Shown piece by piece: positions 7,612-19,400 of a DNA stretch of 64,000 bases. Every line of letters starts with the position of its first letter. The stretch's first letter is position 1. The translations under genes and the position numbers were made by a program. Where the stretch lies: positions 76,542 through 140,541 of the forward strand of contig CAIXFY010000027.1 of assembly GCA_903918885.1 (NCBI GenBank). The letters run 5' to 3'. A model generated the notes under the pieces. The model did no database searches and was not told where the DNA came from. It saw only the letters and a program-made list of their open reading frames with translations. The stretch is from an uncultured Verrucomicrobia subdivision 3 bacterium (lineage in GTDB: Bacteria > Verrucomicrobiota > Verrucomicrobiia > Limisphaerales > UBA11358).

Positions 7612-9927
7612 ATGCAGCCAATGAATAAAAGCATTTTGTGGGTTCTGTTGCTGGCCTCGAGTCTGCAAACCTCGTGGGCATTCTCGCTCGCTGGGCCGGT
7701 GGGTAATGGTGGCGACAACTGGCAGGTTCCGGTCATTGGCTATGGTCCGCCTACCAGCCTTGTCGGTCCTAAAAATATTGGTGAAGAGTTTCGTCGCAAT
7801 GTTCCGGTGGTTTATTACACCTATGACGCGAATTTTTTTGGCTATTTTGGCACGGCGGGCGCGGCTTCGATTGACGGCACAATGACCATCTTGAACGCCC
7901 TGACCAATGTGGATAAATACAGTTCCCAGTTATCCGAATTTCCCGTGGAGTCGCGTCATCAAAATTATCAGGCTCAGGCCTTGGGCTTGTTTGATTTGAA
8001 ATCGTTTGCTCTGGGAGTCATGACAGAACAAGTTGGATTGGCTGATCCGATTGAATGGGCGTGGACGCTGCATGACCGAGTTCTGCCTGCTGGTGGCAAG
8101 TGCCCTGACAATGAAGAATACCTCGTGGTGCAAAGAAATTTCGACTATTTCTCATCCCCGTTGAACCAGTTGCAATACTCCCCTTACATCAACAACACGC
8201 TTTACAGCTACCAGATTTACGAGGCTTGCACGGGCGGCAACCCTCTGGCCTTGTCAGTTCCGTATTCGGCAGATCCGTTGGCCGATTTATACTCGCCCGT
8301 TGCCGCTTTTGCCATTGGTTGGGGCGATTATTATACAGGACTGACGAGAGATGATATGGCGGGGCTGCGCTATCTGCTCAGCACGAATAACATCAACTGG
8401 GAAGATGTAGCGGCTGGAAGTCTGCTGGGTGTGATTAGCACCAATAAAACCAACCCGCAGTCTTTCCCGCCGGTGGGAGCCACGACTGTCAATGCCGCCG
8501 GGTTTTATTATTTTACCGGCAATACCAATGGCGGTTTTGGCTATGGCGATCTGGCGGTTCTGCTTAGTTTTGCCAAAACCAATGATTTGCCAACCCTCCA
8601 AGCCGCTTATCCGGGCTTGGTGATTAACAGCTATTCCAACAGTCTGGTCTGGTCTTCCAACGCGACGTATTCTTCGTATTACACCAATCTGATTGGTTCG
8701 CCTTACGGCTCGCCGCCGACGTTTGTGGTGGTGACCAACTACACTGGTTACTATCAAACGTATTACTACTATCAATTTGGCAACCTTGTCACCAATCACT
8801 ACTACACGAATTCGGTGGCGACGTTGCAGACGCTCAAAGTCAGTGCGCCGATTGGTTCACCTTACGGCACGCCGGTCATTACAAATGTCACGGTGAAATT
8901 AACTAACCAGATTTCCGGCGACTTCTTTGTGCTGCCCTCCTTCCAGAACGGCGTTTGTCCACTGGATATCATTGATGGCACGCATTACAACGTCCTCGCC
9001 ACCACCAATCTCCTGACCGGTGGCAGCACGCTGGTCAGCAACAATACGGCCACGGTGAGCAATGCGGTTTCGCTGGTGACCTACTTCACCAACTATTCTT
9101 TTGCCATCAATCCGGTCACTTGCACGCAGACAACCCCGACGCCGGCGTTGTATCAAGGGATTGGCAACATCAAGTTTGTCCGGGCGGATTACGATTCCTT
9201 GCTGGGCCAGTTCTGGCAGCCGGTGACCAACTATTACACCATGGTCACCGTGACTAACAGCAAGGTGGGGGTTCAACACTTACAACGTGTGGTCACGCAG
9301 CCGGATTTCACTTTCTCGGCGGAAGATTTGACCGCTGGGCCAGCGGCGACACCCATTAATTTCGTATTTGCCCGCAACCTGAATTTTGACACGGCCAACG
9401 TGTTGCCCCGTCTTGCTGGCCCCGGCACGATCACTACCCCGACGACGATTTCGTTCAACAAGGCCGGACCGGTCTTTTTCAATACCCCGTTCAGCACGAT
9501 GGATGGCACGACGTATTTCAACCAGACGCCGGGCGGCGACATAACTGATTTCTTCTATCTTCCGTATTTTGTCTGGGCTTCTTATGACGGCACGACCAAT
9601 GCTCCGGTGGTGTTCCCGAATGGCACGAGCCTGGATAACTTGGCCAATCAAGTTTTAATCCAAGTCTCACCCGCGAGTCCTTTGCCTGACGGCGCGGCGG
9701 GTTTTGACTATGGCACGCAAGCGATTCAATTCACCGCCACCGGTGGAGCATTTACGGCACCCTACACTTGGACGGCGACGGGATTGCCCGATGGGTTGGT
9801 TTTGGATCCCAACTCGGGAATGCTTTCGGGCTTTCCTACTGTATATGGCACATTTGATTTTATCCTGACCCTGACGGACACTGTAGGCAGGTCCGTCCAG
9901 TGGAATTACACCATTACAATTCAATGA
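7612..9927 (+). CDS. Secreted protein of unknown function with C-terminal He_PIG-type Ig-like domain
   Basis: 771 aa with a signal peptide (MNKSILWVLLLASSLQTSWA). The C-terminus PYTWTATGLPDGLVLDPNSGMLSGFPTVYGTFDFILTLTD matches the putative-Ig (He_PIG) pattern. The Tyr/Asn/Thr-rich body has no motif I recognise. Confidence 0.6.
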   Translation: MQPMNKSILWVLLLASSLQTSWAFSLAGPVGNGGDNWQVPVIGYGPPTSLVGPKNIGEEFRRNVPVVYYTYDANFFGYFGTAGAASIDGTMTILNALTNVDKYSSQLSEFPVESRHQNYQAQALGLFDLKSFALGVMTEQVGLADPIEWAWTLHDRVLPAGGKCPDNEEYLVVQRNFDYFSSPLNQLQYSPYINNTLYSYQIYEACTGGNPLALSVPYSADPLADLYSPVAAFAIGWGDYYTGLTRDDMAGLRYLLSTNNINWEDVAAGSLLGVISTNKTNPQSFPPVGATTVNAAGFYYFTGNTNGGFGYGDLAVLLSFAKTNDLPTLQAAYPGLVINSYSNSLVWSSNATYSSYYTNLIGSPYGSPPTFVVVTNYTGYYQTYYYYQFGNLVTNHYYTNSVATLQTLKVSAPIGSPYGTPVITNVTVKLTNQISGDFFVLPSFQNGVCPLDIIDGTHYNVLATTNLLTGGSTLVSNNTATVSNAVSLVTYFTNYSFAINPVTCTQTTPTPALYQGIGNIKFVRADYDSLLGQFWQPVTNYYTMVTVTNSKVGVQHLQRVVTQPDFTFSAEDLTAGPAATPINFVFARNLNFDTANVLPRLAGPGTITTPTTISFNKAGPVFFNTPFSTMDGTTYFNQTPGGDITDFFYLPYFVWASYDGTTNAPVVFPNGTSLDNLANQVLIQVSPASPLPDGAAGFDYGTQAIQFTATGGAFTAPYTWTATGLPDGLVLDPNSGMLSGFPTVYGTFDFILTLTDTVGRSVQWNYTITIQ

Positions 9928-12900
9928 ACAGCATGCAACATCTCCATCGCTCGGCGAACGGTATGAACCGCTTGATGAAATGGCCGCTGTTTTGCGCGTT
10001 GTTGAGTCTGGCCTTGACGCGCCAGTCCTTGCTGGCGGGTGACTTCGCGGGGGACACTTATATTAACGGTACGACCATTACTTATCCCGGCACGGAAACC
10101 CATCCGCCGACGATTGATGCGACCAATTTCATCAATACTGGGACGTTCATCATCAATTTTACCACCTTCAATACCACTCAGCCGTTCTATGAAACTTCCG
10201 ATACGCTGAATTATACGAACACTGGTTCGATGATGGCCAACACCGGTTTCCGCTTCGACCAGCAATCCACCGGCACCGGATTGCGGACGCCGGCGAGTAG
10301 CTTTTTCAATCAAGGAACCATTAGCGGTGGTTCGGTCAATGATACGACCGATCCGTTCGGTGGATTTCTTGGTCTTTTTTACGGTTATTCCCAATGCTTG
10401 ATTAGCGCAACCAACATCGTGAATCCTGGTGCGGTGGTGGCGGGTCTGGACGGCCGGATTCAATTTGCCGGACAGAATGTGGATTTAAGCCATGCCACTT
10501 TGACCATGGAGGGTGCTTCGGCGAATGTGGGTGGCACCGGGAATTTTGGGGTAAATACGAATTTTTGGGATCCGAGTTATTATTTGGGATCGACGTATGC
10601 TCAATCGGCATTTTTCTACGTCCCACCTTACATATTGAGCCTGACCAATTCCAAGGCTTACGTCCATCAGGATGGTCTAGGCACGAGCAATGTCATCTAT
10701 CGCGCCGTTTTCATTCAGGACACCAGCGGGGCGGGTGTTTCCAACAATGTTTATTTCGCGCCGCCGAATTTTTCTGCCTTTGGCACCACCGCCGGTGGCG
10801 TGACGGTTGAATGGATTGGTTCGTATCTAAATCCTGCGGATGGCAGCAGTTCCACTCACTATCTGTATCTCAATGATGATTTGGGAAGAGTGACGTCCAC
10901 CAATCTAGCTACCATCAACGGCATTCCCGATAACTACCAGTTTTTTGAAAGCTCTGCTCCCATCTCGATTGGGGTGAATCCGGCGACACCGGGCTTCTTC
11001 CCCATCTTTCCAGCGGGTTCAATCAGTAACAGTTATTCGTTCGCTAACATCCAACTGATTTCCACCACGGTTTCCACCAACGCGGGCACGGCCAATCCCA
11101 CGGGGGCACTGACGAATCTGCCGGGTCGCATTGAAATTTATGCGAGCAATGAACTGAATCTCGCCTCGGCGCAAATCTCTGGGCCAAACTATTTGTCACT
11201 GCAATCGCCGCACCAATTTGATGGCAGTCCGGGGGCGATTATTGAATCGCCGTATTCGGATTTAAACCTTGGCGTCACGAATGGATTTCTGACCATTTCC
11301 AACTTGTTATCCCCGTCCTTTCCCATTTGGAGCGGCAACGTCCAAGCTTGGAGCACGCGCTGGTTGACGGTGGATAGCTCGGGCGTCACTAACGATTTCC
11401 GGGTTGTGATTATCGGCAGTCAGGTGAGTCCCGCCTCGCTTGCGCAGGTGCAGGATTTGATTTTGCACGGCACCAACAGCATTGTCATCAGCGACACTTT
11501 TAATGTTATCCGCACCTTTACGGCCGACGCTCAAAATCTCACACTGACTACCAATGGTCCCGGCAACGGCGCGACCTCGCTGGATGGCGAATTAAATATT
11601 GGGACGCCTAACATCTTTTGGGCAAATGCACTGCCCAACCTGCGCAACCTGACCAACAACGGCGCGATTCGTTTGCAGAACCAGAATGCTTTCAACGGCA
11701 CTTCGAACAATATCGTCATCACGTCCGGCACCCCGGCGGTGGCGGCGTTCAGCAAACTTTCGGAGTTGGACTCTACCAGAAATGTGGTTGCGAATGACCG
11801 CGTGGCCGTCGGCACCAACTACTATACCTTTGTCACCAAGATTACCAATACGGTTCCCAAGCAGGTTTTGATTGGTTCCAAGTTTGATGGCTCCATGAGC
11901 AACTTGATTGCGGCCATCAATCGTTCCAGCGGCGCTGGCACAAATTACAGCACCAACACCGTTGCCAGCGGCCAAGTCATTGCCAGTCCGTTGACCAACC
12001 ATGCTTTTGTGGTTACCGCGAAAACCGCCGGGACCAATGGCAACGCCATCTACACCGCCTTGGCGGTCTGGACCAAGTATCTGGCTTGGACCGGCAGTTA
12101 TACGAACCATCTTTCCGGCGGCGCGGATGCGACGCCCGGCAGCACCAACATTGCGGGATCATTTTCAACGCCCTACTATAACTTCATCAACAACGGCTTG
12201 TTGACGGATCAAGGATCGACCATCTGGGCGAATAACTTTGCCAACAGCGGCGTCATCACCAACAGCGCGTTGGGCTCGTTCATTTTGAATTCCATTACTT
12301 CCACCTTCACCAACGGAATTGTAATTGCTGGCAGTGATGTCGCCCTCACCGCCAACAGTCTGGTGGTCAGCAATCTCTTCCTCCAAGCGGGACATTCTCT
12401 GACTTTGAAGGCCACGAACTTACTCACGGATACCGGCGTGACCAACGGAAATATTTGGTCCGTTCAAGGCTCCGCCACCACGGGTGGTAATGGTTTGATC
12501 ATGCCCTTCAAACCGGCGCAGGGTGATTTGTTGGGAACGACGATTACGAACCATCTCTTTGGTGTGAGCCAGCTAAGTATCAACCAATGGGCCGGGCAGG
12601 ATCGTGGCGTCAGCGTGACTGGATTTACCAATAACGTGTCCGTCGGCCGGTTGATTTTGGATGTCCATGCGTCGGGCGGCTTGATGAAATTCTCCGGTGC
12701 CAGCGTCAGCAATGCGTTGTATGTGGACAGCCTCGAATTCCGCGATGTGCTGACCAACGGCATTTATAACAACTTTGATTTCACGCCCAATCTGTTCATC
12801 AACACCAATCTCGTCATCTACTTTGCCCAAGCGACGGCGAACGGAATTTCCATCGCGGAAAAAATTGATGCCGCCAGCAAAGCGGGGCGCAACAACGGCG

Positions 12901-13349
12901 GCCGGTTGCGCTGGATTCCGGCGTATGCGGGTCACTTTAGTTCCGCCAACGTAATCTATCCCGATGGCACCACCAACACGGTCAACGCGGCACTGGCCGC
13001 CAGCACGTCCATTGATTCCGACGGCGATGGCACTGCGAATGCCAATGACCCGACACCGTTCTTCACCAGCGCTCAAGTTGGGCTGACGATTTCGGCCACC
13101 AACAGCCCGGTGCTGGCGATGGTAATTCGGTGGAACAGTGTTCCGGGATCCACCAACTGCGTGTATTACATGACGAACGTGTCTTTGGGCGGCAAGTTTA
13201 CGCTCACCAATTTTGTTTCGCCGTCAGCGGTTCCTCCAGCGGGTGGCTGGCCGATTGTCAACACGGTGTTGGATCCGATTAATCCGTCGCAATCGCGTTT
13301 TTACAATGTGAAAGTGGTTCCCAACTCCACATTGATTTACGGGCCATGA
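9924..13349 (+). CDS. Large secreted beta-helix-like (adhesin-like) protein with TSP3-type Ca-binding repeat and C-terminal ...FYNV module
   Basis: The ATG at 9924 overlaps the upstream stop (ATGA). A signal peptide is present (MKWPLFCALLSLALTRQSLLAG). The body is long, Asn/Thr/Gly-rich and repetitive. It also carries DSDGDGTANANDPTPF and a C-terminal IRWNSVPGSTNCVYY...SRFYNVKV. The fold assignment is an inference. Confidence 0.55.
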   Translation: MNSMQHLHRSANGMNRLMKWPLFCALLSLALTRQSLLAGDFAGDTYINGTTITYPGTETHPPTIDATNFINTGTFIINFTTFNTTQPFYETSDTLNYTNTGSMMANTGFRFDQQSTGTGLRTPASSFFNQGTISGGSVNDTTDPFGGFLGLFYGYSQCLISATNIVNPGAVVAGLDGRIQFAGQNVDLSHATLTMEGASANVGGTGNFGVNTNFWDPSYYLGSTYAQSAFFYVPPYILSLTNSKAYVHQDGLGTSNVIYRAVFIQDTSGAGVSNNVYFAPPNFSAFGTTAGGVTVEWIGSYLNPADGSSSTHYLYLNDDLGRVTSTNLATINGIPDNYQFFESSAPISIGVNPATPGFFPIFPAGSISNSYSFANIQLISTTVSTNAGTANPTGALTNLPGRIEIYASNELNLASAQISGPNYLSLQSPHQFDGSPGAIIESPYSDLNLGVTNGFLTISNLLSPSFPIWSGNVQAWSTRWLTVDSSGVTNDFRVVIIGSQVSPASLAQVQDLILHGTNSIVISDTFNVIRTFTADAQNLTLTTNGPGNGATSLDGELNIGTPNIFWANALPNLRNLTNNGAIRLQNQNAFNGTSNNIVITSGTPAVAAFSKLSELDSTRNVVANDRVAVGTNYYTFVTKITNTVPKQVLIGSKFDGSMSNLIAAINRSSGAGTNYSTNTVASGQVIASPLTNHAFVVTAKTAGTNGNAIYTALAVWTKYLAWTGSYTNHLSGGADATPGSTNIAGSFSTPYYNFINNGLLTDQGSTIWANNFANSGVITNSALGSFILNSITSTFTNGIVIAGSDVALTANSLVVSNLFLQAGHSLTLKATNLLTDTGVTNGNIWSVQGSATTGGNGLIMPFKPAQGDLLGTTITNHLFGVSQLSINQWAGQDRGVSVTGFTNNVSVGRLILDVHASGGLMKFSGASVSNALYVDSLEFRDVLTNGIYNNFDFTPNLFINTNLVIYFAQATANGISIAEKIDAASKAGRNNGGRLRWIPAYAGHFSSANVIYPDGTTNTVNAALAASTSIDSDGDGTANANDPTPFFTSAQVGLTISATNSPVLAMVIRWNSVPGSTNCVYYMTNVSLGGKFTLTNFVSPSAVPPAGGWPIVNTVLDPINPSQSRFYNVKVVPNSTLIYGP

Positions 13350-13407
13350 ACCGCTGAACCCGGTCAAAGTGATTTACGGTCAAAGATTTTTTAATTTGAA
13401 ATAATAT

Positions 13408-16400
13408 ATGCAAAAACTCACAAGCTTGAGGTTAGAAAACCTCGTGAGAATTGGTTGTGCAATTCTATTGGCCGGTCTGCTCGTGAACGTCAGCCGCGCG
13501 CAAGACACGTTTGCCACCGCGCAGGTGATTTACGGCGATTCTGGTTCGGTCAATGATGTGGACAATGGTTTTTTTACACCGGAGGCGGGTGCGCCGACGA
13601 TTGCCGGGTTGGCTCCGCAATACACGGCTTGGTTCCAATGGTCTACGACCAACAGCGGTGAAGTGGAATTTGATACCATCGGCAGTGTGGATGACTCCAC
13701 CGGAGTCATCCAGTTGGATACGGTCATGGGCGTTTACACCGGGAACAGTCTGGCCACCTTGAACCTGCTGGCCGCCAATGACGACTTGTATCCGAATTTT
13801 CAAGTGAACGTCTCTTGCCAGAACTACTACACCTTTGCGAATACAAATTTTGCAGCTACCAAAGTGGCGCCGACTAGTTTTCCGCTGGAGAACTTGAACT
13901 TTATTTATCAGCCGTTTTCTGGCGCAATGAATCAACCCTATTATCCAATTAACACCGGGCCGAGCGGTTTGCGTTTCAATGCGGTGGCGGGCAAGACTTA
14001 TTACATCGCGGTGGATACCAGAAATTTGCCCGGTTTTATTTCGCTAAACTGGTCGCTGCATCCTTCGGGCGTTTTTCGCTTTGCCACGGAAAATTCCGAC
14101 TTGAATGGGCTGACTTACGATGATGGCGTAACTCCCATGCTGCTGTATCAAACGGCAGCCACGGAGAGTTCGGGACATACCGTAACAAGTGGTGACCCCA
14201 TCAGATACTCTGTATTCAACAATGCCAACGGTGTGCTGGTGACGGTCACGCGGGTGGCTGGTTCCACCGGAAAAGTATCGGTGGATTACACCACGGTAGA
14301 TTTGCCCACCCAAGGAGGCGATTTTCTCGCCAACGGTGATTTGCCGGCGGTGGCGAATGTAGATTATCTCCCTCAATCCGGGACGCTCACGTTTGATGAT
14401 AATGAAATGAGCAAGACCATTCTCATACCCGTGATAAATTACGATCCATTTAATGCTTTTTTCCAACTTGTTCCGCGTCCCAATCGGGATTTTGGGATTC
14501 AATTGGTGGATGACGGTGGCGACACCAGCCCCTTGGTGGATTCCGCCGAATCGTCCGATGTCCCTCCGCCGCGGGTTGATCCGATGTTTGGCCTGGCGAT
14601 GGTGCGGATTCTGGACGTGAACTCCGACCCGCGCGCTATCACCTCCGTGACGAGCACAAATGGTGCCGGCAATCCGGTTGTTACCTATACCACCATTGCC
14701 ACCAATGCGGTCTTCAATTTTGAAAAAGCCAATTACCGGGTCTATCGGGCTGGGTCAAACCCGGGGCAAAAGTTTACCGTCTATGTTGCTCGCACGGGAA
14801 CGAACACGGATGCGGCAACTATTAACTATACCGTGAATAGTCGCTATCCGTTTGGCAGAAAATCGACCACTATTGAGAATATTAATTATACTTTTCCCCT
14901 CACGCCCGGTTCTGATTATGCCACGCCGGATCCTTCCGGAAAGGTTGGTGGTGTTTGGGGGGTGACTCCTGATTTTACTTTCCCCAGTGGTTACACGGGA
15001 ACCTTAACTTGGGCTGCGAAAGACTTTAGAGCCAAGCCAATCAGCTTCAATATTCTCGATAACGGCTCGCAGCAGTTCAATGAAGATTTCCAGATTGATT
15101 TGTATGACTTGGATACTCAAGGGAATCCTTTGCAAGTGGGCATGGTGGCGCAAACCACGGTGACGATTTTGAATGCCAGTGATTTGGATAACAACGGCGG
15201 CACCAGCAACATCAATCCCCCCGCTGGCGCGGTGGATGAATTATACAACGCCGATTACGGCGCCGACTTTTTTATCAACACGGTTCCGCCGAACATGGCG
15301 CATCCGGGAACCGATGGACAAGTTTACGGTCTCGCGCTGCAACCGGATGGCAACACCGTCGTGGTGGGCGATTTCTTCACCTATAACGGCATGGGTAGAA
15401 ATTGTATCGCCCGAGTAACCAGCTCCGGTTATTTGGATAACACCTTTGACACCAGCGATGGGGCCGACGGTTTCATCAGTTGTGTCACGCTGACGACCAA
15501 CAATGAAATTCTCATTGGTGGTAATTTTACTTCCTTCAAGGGATCGCTCCGTAATTATATTGCTTTGTTGAACACCAGCGGCGGAGTGGATACCACCTTC
15601 AATCCGGGGCAGGGATTCAACGGGCCGGTGTATGCGCTGGCGCAGGAGCCCAACGGTCAGGTGTTGGTTGGTGGTGATTTCACCCAGTATAACGGCGTCA
15701 CTCGCAACCATTTGGCGTTGCTCAATCTGGACGGCACGTTGGATGGAACCTTTAATCCGGGAACTAATCTCACGGCCGCCGTCAGCGCGCTTGGTTTGCA
15801 GCCGAACGGCCAGATAGTCGTCGGCGGTATCTTTACCAATGTGGCTGGTATCCATGGGCAAAACTATGCCACGCGGTTGAATGCCGATGGCACGCTGGAC
15901 ACGACCTTTGACCCCGGCTCCGGTCCGAATGAAGCGGTCTATGCGGTCGGCATCCAGCCGGATGGAAAAATTGTGTTAGGCGGCAACTTCACCCAAGTCA
16001 ATGGCTCTAGCTACAACGGCATCGTGCGGCTGACGACGACGGGCCAGTTGGATCCAAACTTTTATTGCGGAATCGGTCTAGATGGTCCGGTCTATCATCT
16101 CAATATTGCGACCAATACGATTTACTCCACTACCAATTCCAGCGTGGTGGTGCAGACCAATTTCACGATTTATGTCGGCGGGGAATTTACCGCTTACAAT
16201 GGCACACATCGCCTAGGCTTCGCGCGATTGAACGCGGATGGCACGTTGGACACGACCTTCTTGGACACGGCTTACAACCAGTTTGCCGGTCTCACGCGGG
16301 AATATTTCGGCGACCCGGTCGGCTCGGTTCAAGCCTCGGCCATCCAGCCCAACGGCGATGTTTTGATTGGCGGTTCATTTGAGCAGGTCGGCGGCGGTCA

Positions 16401-19400
16401 GTTTGAAGGCCGGGTTCGTCCGAACAGTTTTACCAACGCCTTCACCAGCATCATGACGCGGAGTGCCATCCGCAATCATAGCAACTTTGCCAGGCTGCAC
16501 GGCGGGGCTACGCCCGGGCCGGGCAACGTGGGGCTGAATTATACCAGTTACTCGGTGAACAAGAGCGCGGATTCCATGTTTGTCAGTCTGGTTCGCACCA
16601 ACGGCAATCTGGGGCCGGCGGCGGCAAACTTTTCGATCAATCCCGGTCTGGCGCAGAGCGGGGTGGATTATTTCTACACGGGTGATTACAACGGCGCCAG
16701 CCCGCTGTATTGGATCGAGTGGGAATATGTTGGCCCGACTCGTATGCACAGCGATGCACTATTAGGTCAAAATGCCGTGCCTTTTGACACGGCTTCCGGC
16801 CAATCTTTTTCCGGCGTTTCCTGGCCGGCGGTCAACGTCACCATCGCGGGCAATACCAATTCTTTCAATGACCTTAATGCCCAATTTCAGATGGCCAATC
16901 CGGTGAAAGACCAGTTCTATCTCGGCGGTGAAGATATTGCGCTGGGCGTGGCCCTCGGGGAATCCTCTGCGCCACTGAAAATTATCGAAGACCGGCATCA
17001 GTCCGGCACGTTTGGTTTTGCTTCGCCCGATTATACCGGCACCGGCTTGGCCGCGCCGATTGCCGTGACCCGCACTAATGGAACTTACGGCGTCGTCTCG
17101 GTGGCTTATACCACCACCACCAACGGCAGCACGGCGGTGGCCGGCGTCGATTATCGCGCGACCAGCGGTTCGTTGAGTTTCCAGCCGACCGATACCAATC
17201 GAACTTTCAACGTGACCATTCTAAACAGCAACTACGTCAGCTCGGTTGAAAAGAAGGTGAACCTGCTGTTGACCGGCATTAATCCGCCGGTGAATGGCAT
17301 CGCCAGCTTGGGAACGACGAATGCCGTCTTGCGTATCATCAATCCAAATTATCAAGGCTACTTGAATTTGAGCACGAACACTTACGCGGCCAATTTGAGC
17401 GCGGGCTTTGTCAGCATCACCGTGACCCGCACGGTTGGTAGCAAGGGAACACTGACCTTGATGTGTGCCACCACCAATAACTCGGCGGTCAGCGGCATAG
17501 ATTTCACCGGCTTTACCAATTTGCTGACTTGGAACAATGGTGATGTTGCCCCCAAAACCATCAACATTCCACTGCTCAACAACGGTCAGGTGGGAACCAA
17601 CCGCCAGTTCGGGGTGGTCATCTACAACCCGACCAATGGCGTAACCCTGACGCCTTCCTTGTTTGCCGCCAACGGCACGACCAACGCCACCGTCACCATC
17701 AACAATGACAATAGCTACGGAACCTTCCAGTTCGCCGCGCCCAGCTACGTCGTCAACGAAAACGGCGGCTATTCGACCGTGACCGTCTTCCGCAATGGCG
17801 CGACGAACGGCACGGCCAATATCCAGTTCGCGACCGCTGATGCCACGGCATTTGCCGGCACAAATTATGTCGCCACCAATGGCACGTTGAATTTTGTGGC
17901 CGGCCAACTGGCGGCCAGTTTTAAGGTTCAGATTTTGAATGACGGCGTTTCTAATCCTCCGCCGGCCAACTTCTATTTCACTTTAACTTTGTCCACGACC
18001 AACCTTGGCGTGGTTTTGGGCACGCCCTCAGTGGTCAACAATTACATCGTGGATGATGCCAGTTTCAATCGTCCGCCGGGTGTCACTGACTCATCGTTTA
18101 ATCTGGGCACCGGCATGAACGGCGATGTGTTGGCGCTGGCCTTGCAGTCCACTGGCAAAATTGTCGCTGGCGGCACATTCACCACCGTGGATGGGGTTCC
18201 TGAAAATTATTTGGCGCGGCTGAATGCCGATGGCTCACCGGACACCACGGGCTTTCTCTCCGGTCTGGCGGGCGGCAATGGAACCGTCTATGCCCTCGCG
18301 AACCAGACAGACGACCAGTTGCTGGTGGCGGGAGCGTTCACCTCGTTCAACGGTCTGGTCCGCAACCGCATCACTCGTTTGAACACGGATGGTTCCACGG
18401 ACAGCAGCTTCAAGCCGGGTGCCGGAGCGGATAACACGATTTACGGAATCGCCGAAACTTTTATTGGCGGTGTCCGCAAGATTTATATTGGCGGCGCGTT
18501 CAGCACCATCAACGGTATTTCTCATCCCAATGTCGCGCGCTTGAATAATGACGGCACGGTGGACGGCGGTTTTGCTCCGGGCACCGGTCCAACCGCCACG
18601 GTTTACGCGGTGGCACCCTATCCGACCAATTCATTTTATGCCGGTCAATTGCTGGTGGGCGGCGCGTTCACCAATATCAGTAATTTTGCCGTGAGCGGCA
18701 TTGCGCGTTTGAATGCGAATGGTTCGCTGGATACCAATTTTGATTTCAATCTGAAGACCAGCGGTGCGGTTCGGGCGATTGCGATTCAGCGTGATAACCG
18801 GATTCTCATCGGCGGTGATTTCACTAATGTCAACGGCGTGGCGGTTAGTCACCTCGCCCGGCTGAATAGCGACGGTTCGCTGGACACCAATTTTGTCGCC
18901 AATATTGGTGGGGGCGTCAATGGTCAGGTCAACGGTATCGCGGTTCAACAGGATAGCCGGATTGTGGTCGTCGGCCAGTTTTCGCTGGCCAACGGCGTGA
19001 CCCGCAACGGCATCACGCGCTTGCTACCCACGGGCGTGGTGGATCCGAGCATCAATTTTGGTGACGGCGCGAACGGTGCGGTGGACGCCGTGGTCGTTCA
19101 GCCAAATGACCAGATGATTGTAATCGGTGGCGCCTTCACCCAATACAACGACCAGCCGGCGGGGCGCATCACGCGCATTTACGGTGGGTCGCAAACGGGT
19201 TCCGGCGCGTTTGAGTTCACTTCGCCCACTTATCAGATTGATGAGAACGGCATTCAGGCACTCATCGGCATCCGGCGCACGGGCGGCACCAGTGGCACGA
19301 ATGCGGATGGTTCCGGCAGCGTGGCCGTCAACTTCTCCACCAGCGATGGCACGGCGACCAATGGCATTAATTATCGGGGCGTGAACCAGAGCGTCAGCTT